From: Hemiscyllium ocellatum
Taxonomy: Eukaryota
Assembly (NCBI RefSeq): GCF_020745735.1
Contig: NC_083418.1
Coordinates: forward strand, 49,369,776-49,433,775
Length of the DNA: 64,000 bases
Direction of reading: 5' to 3'
Shown here: positions 61,672 through 64,000 of the stretch, in pieces
Layout of the letters: each line of letters begins with the position of its first letter
Position numbering within the stretch: position 1 is the stretch's first letter
Program-made: the position numbers and the translations under genes
The notes under the pieces: generated by a model
The model's input: only the letters and a program-made list of their open reading frames with translations
Database searches by the model: none
Told to the model about the DNA's origin: nothing

Positions 61672-61773
61672 AGCTTCGTGATCGTTCAGTCCTCAGTTTG
61701 GCTATAATTTGTAATGTGGTATTAGTATGTGGACTTGTCATTGGAATTTACATTTGGAGAAAACGGTCAAAAG
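61672..61773 (+). CDS. Transmembrane exon of the B7-H6/NCR3LG1-like gene
   Basis: Acceptor ttttaaattttcag|AG, donor G|gtaaga, 102 nt, phase 1-1. Encodes ELRDRSVLSLAIICNVVLVCGLVIGIYIWRKRSK, a hydrophobic helix followed by a basic stop-transfer RKRSK. Confidence 0.8.
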
Positions 61774-62276
61774 GTAAGAAATTGTTTAAGCTTATGAATA
61801 AATGAAATAATGTTCATAATTTGTTTTCTCTTGTTCAGTTTTGGTCAATGGAAGTTGCTAGCAAGGCCATCACTTATAGTCCATCTCTTGTTGCCCCTGA
61901 AATAGTGCTGGTGGACCTTTACTTTGAAACTCTGTACTCTGCCTGATGAAGGTACTCCCACATTGCTCTTGGTTATAGTGCTAAAGAATTTTGAAACAAT
62001 GATGATGAAGCAGTGTGATCCATGTTTGAATCATGGGCCTGAACCTCTGAGCACTGACATGGTTGAGTGGATTACTGCTGTGCTTGGAAACTCCCCGACG
62101 TAATGCTGCTGCACATTGCTTTTGGAATGTTCCAATCCCAATTTTCACTGAAATGTGTAGAAGACAGCATTCCTTTGGTATCTCTGTCAGAGAGGAGTAG
62201 AGACAGCATTGGACAAGCCCAGTTTATGCATGAAGTATCACATGGCAACTTTATATATAGAAGGTTTTATTACCAT

Positions 62277-62400
62277 TGAATGAATGAATGAATGAGTGAA
62301 TAAATAAGTGGGTAAATGGTTGACTGAGTGAGTGAATGAATGAGTAAGTGGATGGTTAGTTGGGTGACATTGATAGTGTGAGTAAGTGGGTAGATGTGTA
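62277..62400. repeat. Imperfect (TGAA/TGAG)n tetranucleotide repeat
   Basis: tgaatgaatgaatgaatgagtgaataaataagtggg...tgagtgagtgaatgaatgag. Confidence 0.8.
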
Positions 62401-62738
62401 CTCAGGTTGTGAGGTAGCCAGAGCTGGGGCAAATTGGAGGCATTTTTGAACATATGGGGGTATGTTGGGGATGCAGTTAGCTGGTTGGAGGTAATCTGGT
62501 CATATTGGGAGGGTGTTGTGTCAGGTTGTGAGATTGTATACACAGAATTTTCCATTATGTTATTGCTTAACCAACATCACTTCACAAACACATTTTGGGC
62601 ACCCTTTTGTATTAATGTTTGTCGGAGTTTTTGTAATGAAATTAAATGCCATTCTCCGACATGAAATAAGGCCATACTTTGAAAATACTGCACTGCTATT
62701 AAAGCATCTTTAGATATCCTGTGGTTGTTATAGAAAAG

Positions 62739-62945
62739 CAATGATTTGGAGTCACTGGTGTTGGACTGGGGTGTGCAAAGTTAAAAATCACACAACACCA
62801 AGTTATAATCCAGCTGCTTTATGTGGAAGCACTAGCTTTCGAAGCACAGCTCCCAACCACCTGATGAAGGAGCAGCATTCCGAAAGTTGGTGCTTCCAAA
62901 TAAACCTATTGGAATATAACCTGGTGCTGTGTGATTTTTAACTTC
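62739..62945. mobile_element. Penelope family-B fold-back terminal-repeat pair with a degenerate hammerhead (62858-62892)
   Basis: Inverted arms around tcccaaccac; cacctgatgaaggagcagcattccgaaag. Imperfect TSD atagaa(a/g)ag at 62730-62738 and 62946-62954. Confidence 0.72.
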
Positions 62946-63444
62946 ATAGAAGAGTAAATCATTGTTTCTTCCTAACTTATCTTTGTATTAATAATTAACA
63001 TGAAGATAATATTCTTTGAGACAATGACTTCACCAGAACTCTATATTATTGAGTAATTCCAATAATATGATTAAAATGCCAATGGGTTTTCTGATAAGTG
63101 TGATGTAAAAGTATCATCTCTTATAGTTTTGATGAAATCCACAAAGATTAATGTTTGTTCCTACAAATCCAGTAGTGATGCTGCAACAGAAGGAAAGCAG
63201 GAAGTGGGCCATTGTGATGAAAATAGCAGACCAGATTTGGTGAATAATAGTCCATAGATCATCAGGTCCTCTCATGGAATGGGTGATGTAAACATTCTTG
63301 TAGTCAGTCACTCACATGATAATGTAGTCAAGTAGATGCCAATGTCTAGAACAGGAGTGTTGCCATGAAGCCTTGTTGGAAGACTTGAGTCAGAAAAGCT
63401 TGTAATCTTTACAAATGAGATATCTTTCCTTTGTTTAAATGCAG

Positions 63445-63467
63445 TGTCAAACCCAGACAGCACATAA
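63445..63467 (+). CDS. Candidate short cytoplasmic terminal exon (VSNPDST*)
   Basis: Acceptor tatctttcctttgtttaaatgcag, in phase with the TM exon, with AATAAA at 63564 and 63604. An alternative acceptor at 61838 (VLVNGSC*) is equally unproven. Confidence 0.3.
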
Positions 63468-64000
63468 GATAGCAGTGTCAGAGAAAAAGATGCACAAATA
63501 AGCTATTGCTAGGGAAGTGCTCAGAAAAGAAAAAATCTAATGGAAGAAATGGATGACAGAGGTAATAAATGTGTTGAAATGTTTTTGTACTACTTAAAGT
63601 GGAAATAAAAGAATTGTTTGTCACTCAGGCATTGAATCCATGAAATATGACTTCAGATATTCATGGAAATATTAACAGTGTCATTTAGAAATCTTTTCTG
63701 ACCACTCTGGAAAAGTCCCTTAAAGTCATGGTTTCAGAGAGTTTGGAGTTACCTAAGCTTAGTAGTTACACAGAGTGAGTTGGACAATTAATAACCAACT
63801 CTAACTTGTAGATCACAATTTAATTACTCCCTGACTTACCATTGAATACCTAACTACCTCCCAGTTATGACCGTTGAGCTCAACTAAATACATACTACAT
63901 GTTTACAATGTTTCTCGTGTATTTTTGTCCTTATGTAGGATTAAAGTACACCCTCTCAAATGCTGAAGCCGGTATTAACAATCAAGGTGAACCTTCTGAT

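Overview
Eukaryotic, repeat-dense, intron-rich genomic DNA. The HE1-like V-SINEs and CR1/HER1-like LINEs point to a cartilaginous fish, probably a shark (inference). Two divergently transcribed host genes were reconstructed by hand from splice signals. (1) Minus strand: a non-haem 2-oxoglutarate/Fe(II) dioxygenase of the isopenicillin-N-synthase-like / UPF0676 type. Its exons are 16623-16471, 15122-14998, 13248-13182, 8717-8575 and 853-708, and the 3' end lies outside the window. The HxD motif is intact, but exons 4 and 5 are out of phase, implying an unseen microexon or a lesion. (2) Plus strand: a B7-family, NCR3LG1 (B7-H6)-like Ig gene with leader 45788-45836, IgV 52257-52595, IgC1 54364-54720 and TM 61672-61773. 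It also has a possible second TM exon (58868-58980) and a possible soluble read-through form. Most of the remainder is decayed retroelements: L1, Tx1, many CR1 (one nested with a TSD), about 12 V-SINEs, a solo LTR with a 4-bp TSD, and Penelope-like elements. Four Penelope insertions are fold-back (inverted) structures carrying minimal hammerhead-ribozyme motifs, and three of them lie in or just after the Ig gene. Nearly all ORFs in the supplied track are TE fragments or noise. I found no convincing wholly new system; the best leads are the phase gap in the dioxygenase, the alternative C-termini of the B7-H6-like gene and the hammerhead-bearing fold-back Penelope insertions.
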